In this document: positions 26,546 to 38,517 of the stretch, in pieces
Position numbering within the stretch: the stretch's first letter is position 1
How the letters are laid out: each line of letters starts with the position of its first letter
Assembly (NCBI RefSeq): GCF_006345805.1
Contig: NC_042997.1
Span: forward strand, 65,224,001 to 65,288,000
Direction: 5' to 3'
DNA from: Octopus sinensis
Lineage: Eukaryota
DNA length: 64,000 nt
Notes under the pieces: model-generated
Seen by the model: only the letters and a program-made list of their open reading frames with translations
Database searches by the model: none
Told to the model about the DNA's origin: nothing
Made by a program: the position numbers and the translations under genes

Positions 26546-26549
<4 letters not shown>
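26200..26549. repeat. Fold-back element 1: 137-bp inverted arms (26259-26395 and 26413-26549) with a 17-nt loop
   Basis: Arms compared by eye, about 7 mismatches. Flanked by (TA)n. The left copy extends 59 bp further. Confidence 0.95.
26343..26393 (-). ncRNA. Hammerhead-like motif with a putative G3:C8 core swap
   Basis: UUUGUCA GUGAACA G GUCGC-GGUCUUAAA-GCGAC GAAA AUAUUU|UGACAAA: 7-bp stem I, 5-bp stem II, palindromic AAUAUU stem III, UUU triplet. Confidence 0.45.
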
Positions 26550-26576
<27 letters not shown>

Positions 26577-26599
26577 CAAATGCATGCACACATACATAA

Positions 26600-26630
<31 letters not shown>

Positions 26631-26635
26631 CACAC

Positions 26636-26677
<42 letters not shown>

Positions 26678-26678
<1 letters not shown>

Positions 26679-26902
26679 TTTATTTAAAGCAGCAGAAAAT
26701 TCAACAAAATCTGTTACTCTGAGTTTCTCGTTGCCGTTCATTAGACAGTTTTTGCTACTGTCTGATGAACGGCAACGAGAAACTCAGAGTAACAGATTTT
26801 GTTGAATTTTCTGCTGCTTTAAATAAAGCATATTACTCTACCACTGGTATTTGAGTACTCTTTTTTCCACCTTGTTTCACATTTATGTGTTTACTCCGGT
26901 AG
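26678..26902. repeat. Fold-back element 2: 72-bp inverted arms (26678-26749 and 26757-26828) with a 7-nt loop
   Basis: 71/72 complementary. The right copy continues to about 26902. Confidence 0.95.
26758..26795 (+). ncRNA. Minimal type I hammerhead ribozyme (Penelope-type)
   Basis: CUGU CUGAUGA A CG-GCAA-CG A GAAA CUC-A-GAG UA|ACAG: intact core, GNRA loop II, near-palindromic stem III, GUA triplet, cleavage after 26791. Confidence 0.7.
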
Positions 26903-26924
26903 ATATATATATATGAATATATAT

Positions 26925-27073
26925 GTGAGTATGAGTTTGATCCCCTTATCGCGGTGTGATAACTGGTTTTGGTTTGTTTACGTCTCCGTAACAATACAGT
27001 TCAACATAGATAGATAAACACTTCTAGGTAGTGGCCCAACATGGCTGCAGCCTAACGACTCAAACAAAACAAG
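26925..27073 (+). mobile_element. SINE family A 3' fragment
   Basis: TTGGTTTGTTTACGTCTCCGTAAC and tail CATGGCTGCAGCC..ACTCAAAC. Confidence 0.6.
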
Positions 27074-27095
27074 TTAATGATATATGTATGTGTTA

Positions 27096-27328
27096 AGGGC
27101 GGCGAGCTGGCAGAAACGTTAGCACGCCGGGCGAAATGCGTGGCCGTATTTCGTCTGCCGTTACGTTCTGAGTTCAAATTCCGCCGAGGTCGACTTTGCC
27201 TGTCATCCTTTCGGGGTCGATAAATTAAGTACCAGTTGCGCACTGGGGTCGATGTAATCGACTTAATCCGTTTGTCTGTCCTTGTTTGTCCTCTCTGTGT
27301 TTAGCCCCTTGTGGGTAGTAAAGAAATA
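27096..27328 (+). mobile_element. SINE family B monomer with a perfect 17-bp target-site duplication
   Basis: TSD GATATATGTATGTGTTA at 27079-27095 and 27329-27345. A-box and B-box intact. Confidence 0.95.
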
Positions 27329-28589
27329 GATATATGTATGTGTTAGAGTTTACATAATTGTGGATTTGAATTTGAGTGAAAGTCTTGAGTGTGTGTTTAT
27401 GAGGTATTTGTTTATGTATCTTTGTTATAAGACGAAAAACAAAGCACGGGAGAGAATTATTTGGAAGAATTGTACCTTTCTGGAAACTATGTTGCGGCGA
27501 GTTAAATGTATTAACAATGAAAATGGAAAGATATTCTTGTAATCATGCACTTGCTTTATTCATTAGACTGCGGCCAAGCTGTGAAACATTCTGGAAAGAT
27601 GACCGCAAGTGAAATTTTCAGTCTTGTAGAAATGCACCCGTTAACTTTTTGCAGAATTCCTACCTTACGGAGATGTACAGAAATCAAACCAACATTGGTT
27701 GTTAAGCAGTGAAACACAAACTAAAAGATGCACAAGCACACACAAACGCCACACACACATACACACGTACTCAAACACATTCACACACATACACGCTCTC
27801 ACACACATACACAGACGCACACACAAACACACACACCGAAATCAATATGTGTGTGCGTGTGTGTAAAAACCGATGTCCAATATGTTGTGGAAGTGAACAC
27901 GAATCAGCATGGTTGCGAAGCCAACTTCTTAACCACACAGCCATACCAACACATCTACTATCATATTTATGCTGGTATAAATATCTGAGTCTAACGAAGA
28001 AAGTTTTGTTAGGGGAATCCATTTTCGAATAGCTTTCATTAGATTTCCGTCATCTTAATCTACTCTTTTTCGAATTATTTTTATAGTCTTGATTAACCTA
28101 TTAATGATGTCTTTATTAAATATGCCAGCAAAATCTATTAAGTGAAACTATGTGTATTTATTAGTGATTAGTCATATTGTTAAGTCTCAGGAGAAATGTA
28201 GTGGACTTACATTAGAGATGTTGCTGAATTTAGAACTGTATAAATTGTCGGTATAATTGGCAACATTGGAATCAAAATGAAATGATAGATCTGATTTACC
28301 AAAATCTACCCAAGAAACTGCCACACTCGACTTTTTTTAGTAATTACGGAATGTATGATAAGTGCGAGTTAAATTTCCATTAAGCTTAATAGAACAAAAT
28401 TGAATAGCCTTGGAGAAGAGCAATTGGTGTGAAAAGTGTGCGGTTGGGTAAAAGTCAAGTAGCAAATTTATAATATTTCTCTGTCGAGAGTTGCTCACAT
28501 AAACTTCGTAGTCCCTAGATGAAATACAAAAGGCACTTAGTCTTGCCGTTACAGGCAGAGCGGCTATCGTAGGATTTCTCAGACAACCA

Positions 28590-29330
28590 ATTCTCTAAAG
28601 TGCTCTAAAGTCGTAGTAGTTCTCTGACCACCACATCTGAGGTTTTCCAGACGTATAGCAGGGAGCCGAATCTTACTGCAGCACACATGGGCCTCCAGCA
28701 GCAACTCCCTCTAGTCAGGTTTTGAAAATAGTCTCCAGCAGATTTACATAGTCATCTGAACTGAGCCAAAGTGGTTGTTCAAAAATGTGGGCTGGCAAAG
28801 GTCATCACACTTGGGACACCACGTGAATAATAGGCCACATGCTATTCTGGTTTTTGTGCAGCTAACGCTGGCAGAATTTGTTTTCATTGAGAATAACCAG
28901 ATCATCTCCAGCTCAGCATGATGCCTCAACTTGTTCAGGATGTTCTTTTCCTCAGTCAAACGGTTCTCCTTGGCCTTGGTTGTCCTAATTCGTCCCTTGC
29001 AACTCTTGTACGAGTGATATCGAGAGTCTTCATTCAGGGACATCTTTAATGTTGTGATACCAGCACACATGTATCTCGCCAAATCCTACATTCTCTTATC
29101 AGATCTTCTATCACCTTATTCTGAAGATTTTGGACGGACTCTGCGAACCTAGTTACAAAGAACGGACCGCCTATTTTGTTCTTTCCTGCTAGCCACATCT
29201 TAGCAGTCGCTGTTGCAGCGGTCCAGTGTCAGAACATTGAACAGCTGTCACGATACCAGCGTTTTGTTACGTGGTGCGAATCTTTTTATTTCAATTTCTC
29301 ATCAAAATCCAATACTTTCAGCTTCTGTCT
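28590..29330 (-). mobile_element. maT (DD37D)-like Tc1/mariner transposase remnant
   Basis: LARYM..NEDSRYHSYK, KLRHHAE..IWLFS, HIFEQ..DDYVNLLETIFK..GVAAGGP.V.Q*DSAPCYTSGK.Q.W.SENYYDF. Confidence 0.8.
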
Positions 29331-29649
29331 TCTTTCGTCGACAGCCCTCCTGCCTAATCACGTGCATCAACACTCATCTGCAAATGTAATTAATCACTAC
29401 CAAAGTTTGAAAAAAAAAAAAAGCGATGTTTGATAGACATGTCACTTCTTACTCTTCACCCCACCGTTGCACAAGTAGCTAAAAAATGGGAGAATCGGCG
29501 ACCAGGATATACAGCACCAAAAAATCCTCTAGCCATCCCTCAGTGCTACTAATCTTTGTAAGCCTACTCTCCGAAATACAAAATATATTGCAGAAAACTC
29601 CTATCCACAATTAACTCTTCATCTATACTAAATCCTACGAAAGATTGAG

Positions 29650-30440
29650 AAGAGGTAAAAAAATCGGAGACCTATTCCTTTATAACACTGGCTTATTTTG
29701 CTAAAGCGCCGTATATGTGTTCCAGCCGACCCTCAACTATTTTTGTTTGGAAATCCCTTTACTCTCATATGGAATAACGACGTACTCAGTGTCAATGTAT
29801 CATCACTAGCTCCTATGACAACCCTCACTTTTTACAACCGATATTTTAATTAGAAAAACAAGCCACCAATACACAAACTAAGCAGCTACTTAGAAAGCGC
29901 TGTATCTATTTAGAAACACTTTCGAATGGATCATGTCCAGTCTGTCTCCTTTAAATATGCAATCATTTAGTGTACATACAAGTCGAGCATTTGCCCACTT
30001 TCTAGTCTTGGATAATATATTACTGAAATCCACAAATTCACTATAAATAATAATGATCACAATCATTGCTGATCTCTTATTTATGGCCGAAGAAATCTTT
30101 CACCTCGGAAAGTTGATTGACTGTTTATGGAGGTGATATTGGGCACACAAAATAATACTGCAAATAGGCATGTTCCACTCACTAATATTCAATTCTTCGT
30201 TCCGAAGAAAGCCATTCTGCCGTCTTGGATAATGTTTACACACATGACAATCTATTCTACAAGATGTCTGACTCCATACTCTACATTTTCTACCAGTACT
30301 TCAATGGCGTTTGCTCTTTGGAATCATATAAAGTATCTTCCTATCGAACTTTCCGAGCTAATCTCTTGTCACCATGCCTAATCCTATCACTCCACATTTT
30401 GAACGTTCTGGAAAAACCTTCCTGAAAACATGTTTGTTGT
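29650..30440 (+). mobile_element. Highly decayed CR1-group LINE, RT C-terminal region
   Basis: VYGGDI..*YCK.A.S and FYQYFNGVCSLE..RTFRAN..NLP resemble the LYKA.IRP..EYC..W, FY.YF.G.CS.EL and WN.LP motifs. Confidence 0.5.
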
Positions 30441-31008
30441 TGATGTCAAACAACAGCTGTTCAAACTGTTACAATGTTATTCAAATTGGTACTAATGATG
30501 CGTTGTATCATTAATACCAGTATTATAAGTACCTGGTCTACCAGTGCCAAGGAGATAGCTCCTTCCGCTTGATTTTCCGCCTTTAAATACAATGTGAACG
30601 TAAAGCGTGTACAATTAGTGTACAATTTAAAGGTATACAATTAGTGAGGAAGGTTTAAGTGATAAAATTTGTTTTACACTCGCCATTTTCTACGAAATTT
30701 TGATATTTATCTTTCACTTAGGGTTTTAGGTTCATGTGTATGTGATATTACGTTCATTTAGGGCTTGGAGTTGTGAAATAATATGAGAAATGAGAAATGG
30801 AGATCAAAGTCACGAGTGGATTAATGTCGGTTTTGTTAACAGTTAAGACGGAGAAAACATTTCACAAACGGAAAGAGGAAATAGATGCAGTCGACCTTCA
30901 GGAAAGTTATCATTATGTTTTACTATCTAATAGAGAGGATAACCACAAGAAATAGTAAAAGTAGTGTACATATATATATATATATATAATATATATATAT
31001 ATATGTGT

Positions 31009-31040
<32 letters not shown>

Positions 31041-31045
31041 TTGAG

Positions 31046-31078
<33 letters not shown>

Positions 31079-32199
31079 CTTTATACAAAATATATCCAGA
31101 AATTTTGCGACATAATCTGCAAAATTTGCCAGAAAAAATGCAAGTCTTTTCTCTTAGTAGACCACATTTTAAAAAATACTTCAGTTTAGCGAATGTCTTT
31201 TTTTATGGGGAAAAATTACATTTTGTATGTATGGAGTGTCTGTTTATTCATAAAGGAAATGAGTCTATCCACGAAACAGTACATAATCTCATTTATTTTA
31301 TACCAATAATAGACTCATATTTCTGTCAACGGATAATTAATTTCATAGCTCTCTTACATAAATGGTCTTTTTATCGAAATCGCATATTTTTCATATTTGT
31401 CTTTATGAGTAATCCTCATTCACCAATTCACAGTGGAAGCTTGTTAAGAGTAAATGAATTACAAATTGCCAGCAATGGTACGTTACAATGAATCAGATAC
31501 TACTAAATCGTTATAAGTTTGCATATGACAACTTATACACTCGTATAAGATATCGTCACACACAAAGCCTCGTTGAATATAACGTCGCTAAAATGCAATA
31601 ATTTTCTATATATAGCTCAATCATATTTCAAAATTCTCATATCACGTGTGTAGGAACTCAGCACATTTACATTAAGAGGAAGAGTAATCCTTGCGTCCTC
31701 AAGAATCAACTTACATAAAGCAGACATGAATAAAGTCATAGAAAGCATAAACCCACTTTACTTTAGATAGTACATAGAGCACAACATTATTATATATTTT
31801 CTTTCTTTTTAAGGCTTTTTGGGCTACACTTTTGAGGGAGATCTGGTTAATATTTGGGTAATGTATGACTAATAGTATAAGTGAATTTTATTCGTTATCA
31901 GCCGAATGATTTTCTTTGGAATGGATTGGAGTTTTGCATGTGAAACAGCAGAAGCATACTGGACAATTTTACTGTTTCTGTTGTGGGTCTAATATCGACT
32001 TCAAAGAGAATCAGTAAAAGTTTTGAACTGAACGATCTTCTTGGCTATAAGTAAGATACTGCCGATGGTTGCAAAATTTATTATTTGTATTGAATTTGTG
32101 CATTTCAATTATATGATGTTCAAGACTTGAAGAGATGACCTAATTATTTGTTTATAAGAATGCATAATGACTGCAAATGAAAGAAGCATAGTTGGCATT

Positions 32200-32620
32200 A
32201 TCCTATTGCAGAATATTTCTAAGTAGCTGCAGCTGTAGGTTTTTTGGTTGTGCGAAGGGCACCTTTTTGCTAATGGAAAACTGTTGTGAAAATCGATGGA
32301 AATTTTATAGGAGTCAACATCAATACACTGATAGCAATCAGGTCATTAATCCATATGAGGGTAAGGAGCCCACATTTTATGGAATGGATTCACAGGGACT
32401 TCCAAACAAAATCGCTAACATTCTGATGAGATACTTATACAGAACATCAGCCGAAATATTTTCATTGTAGGCAAGGTCTGGAAAACGCGGGGTCTATCTT
32501 TTTTTGACCCCAATAAATAAGAGACATTTGAAGAATGGCACACGTATCTATTACAACCCACTCATTGGAATACGGGACAAGGGTCAAGAAAACATAATAT
32601 TTAATTGTAGAAATATGTTT
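32200..32620 (+). mobile_element. Possible decayed Helitron PIF1-helicase fragment
   Basis: N..YEGKEPTFYGMDS followed by K.G..L..NKRHLKNGTRI, similar to the PIF1 GE..Y.S.D and LK.G.PIMLLRN..GLCNGTRL motifs. One in-frame stop. Confidence 0.4.
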
Positions 32621-33341
32621 TATAATACTTATTTACAGGCCTGGCTTTACATTTTATGTAACGTTTTAGACATTTCATTGCTAGTTCAATTCATTTTAAC
32701 GTAGGAAGGTTCATGTTATGAATTATTAATCATGGCTATTGAGTATTTAGTCCAACTAAATATGTGCTTTTATGAAAACGGAATATTATCAAGAATAATA
32801 ACAGCCTGAAAAGAAATTTTATAGGGGACCAGGCCTCTCTACTACTTTAATCCGTAGAATAGCCTTACTTAACGTTTTCCTAAAAAGGTATGCTAGTTCG
32901 CAATCAGGGATAGCATTTGACGAACATGACGCTCTGCTATTTTTTGTTGTCGTATCACATGCTGGCCTTATTTATTTTATTACTGGACTTTTCAGTGCTG
33001 TTCCAGGATTTACTCCTGTGCAGCGGGCACATCCCTTAGCATCATTCTCTATGATGGCATTGTACTTAGTACTGACACCTTTGTAAAGGGCATGGATACA
33101 AACAACATACGAAGTAAAACACAAAAGAAATTTCAGGGACGGTACAACAATATCAACAACATGAGTAACAACAACAACAACAACAATGATGGCAACACAG
33201 TGGGCACACACACAAACACAGAGAGATACAGGAACTGTACCAAATTTTAGGGTCTTAGTGGAACAGCAGGATAATGGGGTGAGAGAATTGGTGCTGAGGA
33301 AAAGGACATACTGCTGCTAACAATAGTGGCATACACACAAT

Positions 33342-33399
<58 letters not shown>

Positions 33400-33626
33400 C
33401 ATACACACACGCATAAACAAGGACTCACGTATGCGCACATAAGGATACACATCTTAGAAGAACAGAATTGAGTTATTGGAGGAAGAGCACACACTGAAAG
33501 TGTTGCAGAGATGGTCACAAATGTGTCACGAACAATTTCCGGTCTATGGATGTGAGTCCCCCTGCATTGCATGGACAATTGTCTTGCTCTGTAACCTATC
33601 GGTGCCGAAGTTTGTAGGATGCCCGT

Positions 33627-33666
<40 letters not shown>

Positions 33667-33692
33667 CACACATGCATATTTATATATATATT

Positions 33693-33910
33693 TCTTTTAT
33701 TCTTTTATTGATTTGACTGCGGCGATGCTGGTGCACTGCATTTACTCGAACAAATAGAACCGAGGAATTATTGTTTGTAAGCCTAGTACTTTTTCTCTCG
33801 GTTTCTTTTGCCGAACCGCATTGTTTACGAGGCATTTAATACACCAACATCTTAAACATACCTGCGTCGGTTGTGAAGCGATGGTTGGGAGACAAACGCA
33901 AACACACAAA
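33693..33910 (-). mobile_element. SINE family A 3' half
   Basis: Reverse match to the CGGTTCGGCAAAAG..GTACTAG and CAGCATCGCCGCAGTCAAAT tail. Confidence 0.75.
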
Positions 33911-33982
33911 TACATACATGCATATATATATATATATTTATGTATATATATATATACATATATATTTATATATATATATATA

Positions 33983-34014
<32 letters not shown>

Positions 34015-34051
34015 GCATATAGATTCACACACACGCACAAACACCACATAA

Positions 34052-34098
<47 letters not shown>

Positions 34099-34480
34099 CT
34101 CTTTTACTCTTTTACTCTTTTACTTGTTTCAGTCATTTGACTGCAGCCATGCTGGAGCACCACCTTTTAGTACTTATTCTATCGGTCTCTTTTTGCCGAA
34201 CCGCTAAGTGACGGGGACCTAAACACACCAGCATCGGTTGTCAAGCAATGCTAGGGGGACAAACACAGACACACAAACACACACATACAAACATATATAT
34301 ATATATATACATATATACGACAGGCTTCTTTCAGTTTCCGTCTACCAAATCCACTCACAAGGCATTGGTCGGCCCGGGGCTATAGCAGAAGACACTTGCC
34401 TAAGATGCCACGCAGTGGGACTGAACCCGCAACCGTGTGGTTGGTTAGCAAGCTACTTACCACACAGCCACTCCTGCGCC
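34099..34480 (-). mobile_element. Young SINE family A copy
   Basis: Intact A-box TGGCTGTGTGGT, B-box GGTTCAGTCCC and (GTAAAAGA)n tail. Two substitutions relative to 42124-42495 outside the microsatellite. Confidence 0.97.
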
Positions 34481-34979
34481 AATACTTATATTGCTATTTT
34501 TCTTCCTGTGTAATTATATGTGTAATTCGTACTGCAATTTGGAAGGTGAAGGGTTTAAATAATCTTCACAAACAACAATGTGCAATTCGAAAGTTGCGCA
34601 AACGGTTGCATGAATAGATATTTTGCACTAAACCTATATTTGTGATTTTTATATATTATTTCTGGAAAATCAATAAAAACAACTAAATTTATACGTAATA
34701 AGCAATTTTGAAATTTTAATAATAATCTGTTATATTTTTAATATCTTTGTTCAGTTTTTTAAAAAGAGGGCTGGCAAATCTTTGTGGCATAATAATGCAT
34801 ATGAAACACTGCGCTGGTTTTTCATCATGATGTTGATGAACAACTCTATAGAACTTTACAGAAAATGTTGCTATCTGTGTAAATATATATGGATGTAGGA
34901 CTATTCTGTGTGAATTTATGTTTAAGTATATACATATATACACATACATACACAATCCCCTTACACATACACACACACA

Positions 34980-34984
34980 CATAT

Positions 34985-35051
<67 letters not shown>

Positions 35052-35099
35052 TTCCATGCATATATATACATATATAGATATATAGATATATATATAGAT

Positions 35100-35166
<67 letters not shown>
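34980..35166. repeat. (TA)n plus (GATA)n microsatellite
   Basis: Directly visible. Confidence 0.95.
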
Positions 35167-35168
<2 letters not shown>

Positions 35169-35742
35169 TTGGGTTGTCCAGAAAGTCCGTGCCGATTTAT
35201 AGTTGCTTACCTTTCGACTTATTTTGTTATTTTTGAACATGGGTGACTCCATAAAATAAAATTTTACTACACCTGCATTCAGAGCACAGTTTAAGCTATA
35301 TTTTCGTGGAAGAACTTTTATTTTCCTATAACCTGTGTTAATTCTGTAACCCTTTAAAATGGAAGATAACAAAGTTCATTTTCAGCACTTGATGCTTTGG
35401 GAAACAGACAAAAATTGCTGCAGCCCGGCTGGGATGTGTTACCCCAACCTCCATATTCACCAGATATTGCTCCTTCGGATTTCCACTTATTCAGGTCTCT
35501 GCAGAATAGCCTTAATGGTAAAAATTTCAATTCCTTGGATGATGTAAAATGATTCCTTAATGAATTCTTTGCCATGAAACCACCTCAATTCTGGAAAGAG
35601 GGTATTTTCAAATTAAAAGAAAGTTGAAGACGCATTGTGTAACAAAATGGTTCATATTTTGTTGATTAAAAATATAATGGCAAGTATTTATGGACCTTTT
35701 TATTTCCTTTAAAAATCGGCACGAACTTTCCGGACAACCCAA
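35169..35742 (+). mobile_element. Internally deleted non-autonomous mariner, 574 bp
   Basis: TA|TTGGGTTGTCCAGAAAGTCCGTGCCGATTT..AAATCGGCACGAACTTTCCGGACAACCCAA|TA (30-bp TIRs, 2 mismatches). [14 protein letters not shown] is fused to RQKL..GWDVL.QPPYSPDIAPSDFHLFRSLQN. Confidence 0.95.
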
Positions 35743-36579
35743 TATATATCATTGTCCTGAATATGTGTATGTGTTTAAGTGTTTGCGAATATATATATAT
35801 ATATATATGTAAACGCATGTGTCTGTGTATTTCATTTCTGTGACTTTCAGCAGACCTTATTAATTTTAGTATTATACTACTAATATTTCAATATAATGCG
35901 CGCGCGTTCATGTACACACACACACACACGCATACACATACACACACACACACATGCACACACACACTCTTACACACAGACTCACAGAGGCAAATGCACA
36001 TTCATGCCTCGCACTCACACGGAAATTCGCACAAAATACATTCTTTCCCCTCCCTTCCTCTCCCTCTATTTTTATCTCTATTTCTCTCTTTTCTTCTCTT
36101 TGCCCTTATGCTTCAATGGAGTGAGATTCGTATTTGTAGATGTCTGGAAACAACACTTGATACGTTCCTTTCCTTTCTTTTTTTTACATCAACAGCGAAA
36201 CATTGTCTAACAATAACTACAACATTTTAAGAGGACAAAGCAAAGTATAAGATTTTCTCGTCTGAATGAACACTAAGTAGGGTAATTTCTTCAAAGGAAT
36301 GATGGATCTTCATTTGGACTAACGAAAGAACATAAAACCTATATTCACAAAGCAACAATAACTCAGGACATCGTAAATTTAGAGCAAATATCTATGAATA
36401 TAAGTATCATCATGTTTAACGAACCAAATGATATATGGCAGAACTACAATAATGAGAGGAAAAGTGAGTAGTTCTTCATGGTTGCACATATTGGGTCATC
36501 TAACTCCGAAAGAACAACGTTGGAAAACCTCTTGTGATAGATCGATAGAGATTAAATTATATTTTAGTTTTTAGCGATA

Positions 36580-36792
36580 TATTTTCTACTATAAGCACAA
36601 GATTTGAAATTTAGGTGGGAGGGACTAGTCGAATACATCGAAATCAGTGCTCAGTTAGTACTTATATGATCGACCACGAAAAGCTGAAAGATAAAGGTGA
36701 CCACGGCGGGATTTGAACACAGAACATAATGAGTTGCAAGAAATGCAGCTACTCATTCCGACGTGCTAACGCATCAGCCAGCTCGTAGTCTT
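36580..36792 (-). mobile_element. Old SINE family B copy
   Basis: Reverse head GGCTGATGCGTTAGCACG, B-box GTTCAAATCCC and tail 2. Confidence 0.7.
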
Positions 36793-37151
36793 GGTCTTTC
36801 GTGAAATTAGCAACATAATAGAAAAAGGAATATATGTGGTAATTACTACTTTAATGCTGCATAATATATCATGAATCACTGGAAACCTCACAAACGATAT
36901 CGCGGTTCACCTACGCTAATTCACACATATTGCGTCGTTTTGTAAGGAGTCAGCAATTCTTTGAACGCATAAACAGTTCGCCACCATCTCAAAAGATGAA
37001 GAAGTTAGTAAGAGACCGAATAGAAATTTAAGCAGTGTCAACAGCAAGATAATTAGAAGAATTTGATGGATGAGTGTGGACAGCAAAAGTTACACGATGG
37101 GGCAGATTATTTAAAATACCAATACAACACCTGGAAATTCATGGCAAATAT

Positions 37152-37541
37152 CCATTCTACTCTAGGCACAAAGCCCGAAATTTGGAGGGAGGGGGCCAGT
37201 CGATTAGATCGACCCCAGTACGCAACTGGTACTTAATTCTTAGACCCCGAAAGTAAAGTCGACCTCGGTGGAAATTGAACTCAGAACGTAAAGACAGACG
37301 AAATACCTATTTCTTTACTACCCACAAGGGGATAAACATAAAGAGGACAAACAAGGACAGACAAACGGATTAAGTCGATTATATCGACCCCAATATGTAA
37401 CTGGTATTTATTTAATCGGTCCCGAAAGGATGAAAGTCAAAGACGACCTCAGCGGAATTTGAACGCAGAACGTAACGGCAGACCAAATACGGCTACGCAT
37501 TTCGCCCGGCGTCCTAACGTTTCTGCCAGATCGCTGCCTTA
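37152..37541 (-). mobile_element. Full dimeric SINE family B
   Basis: Head + unit 1 + tail 1 + GAAATAG|GTATTTCG + unit 2 + tail 2. Flanked by ATGGCAAATAT and ATGGGCAAATAT (TSD-like). Confidence 0.92.
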
Positions 37542-37659
37542 ATGGGCAAATATAAAATAAACTTGAAACCATTAACAAATAATTAAAGTATTTTACAGCT
37601 ACACACTTAATCGAAGCAAATGTATTTCATAATTCCGGCATTTGTCTTCTATTATATCA

Positions 37660-38015
37660 TGGGCCAGTTAAAGGCAAGCGTGCGAATTTCGTTGCCTGAA
37701 ACTGAAAGAAACATGTGTGTGTGTGGTGTATGTTTGGGTGTCTGTATGTATATGTGAGTGTGTATGTGTGTTCATGTATATACATGTACATATATATTTA
37801 TATGTATGTACGTGTATATGTGTGTGAGTGATTGTAATTGTGTCTGAACCCTACCACTTGACAACCGATGCTCAATTTTTAAGTCCTCGTAAGGGAAAGT
37901 GTTCGATAGAATAAATATAAGACAAAAAAAAATACGAGATGGATCTCTTCAACTAAAATACATAACACGATGCCCCCGTATGACTACAGTCTCGTGACTG
38001 AAACGAATGAAACAT
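37660..38015 (+). mobile_element. Diverged SINE family A copy
   Basis: GAAACTGAAAGAA, TG tract, TTGACAACCGATGC, GATAGAATAA and GACTGAAAC tail. Confidence 0.65.
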
Positions 38016-38096
38016 AAAACAATTAAAAATCGATCAAATACAAAAGAACACAGAAACAAACATCATAAAATGAGAAATGGTTCGTGTAGAAGAGGA

Positions 38097-38269
38097 AAAG
38101 GCAGTGAGCTGCCAGAATCGAGACCGTATAGGGAGAATACTTAACGGCATTTCCTCACTTGTTACATTCCGAGTTTAAGTGCCTTAGAGATCAAAGTTGC
38201 TTTTCATCATTTCAGAGTCGATAAAATAAGTACTAGTCAAGCACTGGATTCGATATTTATCGACTAGAC
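38097..38269 (+). mobile_element. Old SINE family B copy, truncated
   Basis: AAGGCAGTGAGCTGCCAGAATCG head and GTCGATAAAATAAGTAC body. Confidence 0.7.
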
Positions 38270-38517
38270 CAGTGATTCTCAACCATTTTTGCCTATGGAC
38301 CCTTTGATTCCTAATTTACTTAGGTGGATCCGCAGAGTCTTTCGATGTTTAAAAAATCTTCTATTTTTATAATTGAATCTAAGGATTGCATAAAGATAGT
38401 TATTAACATATTTTGTGTGTTGTAGATGTGTAACCAATTTATTGCACCCGAATTTTGACAGCAAAATCTTATGTAGACCTGCCAAGAGTCATTTGGACCC
38501 CAAATGAGAAACACAAG
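38270..38517. mobile_element. hAT/Charlie-like MITE
   Basis: Starts CAGTGATTCTCAACC and ends with a degenerate complement (TGAGAAACACAAG). No TSD seen. Confidence 0.4.
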
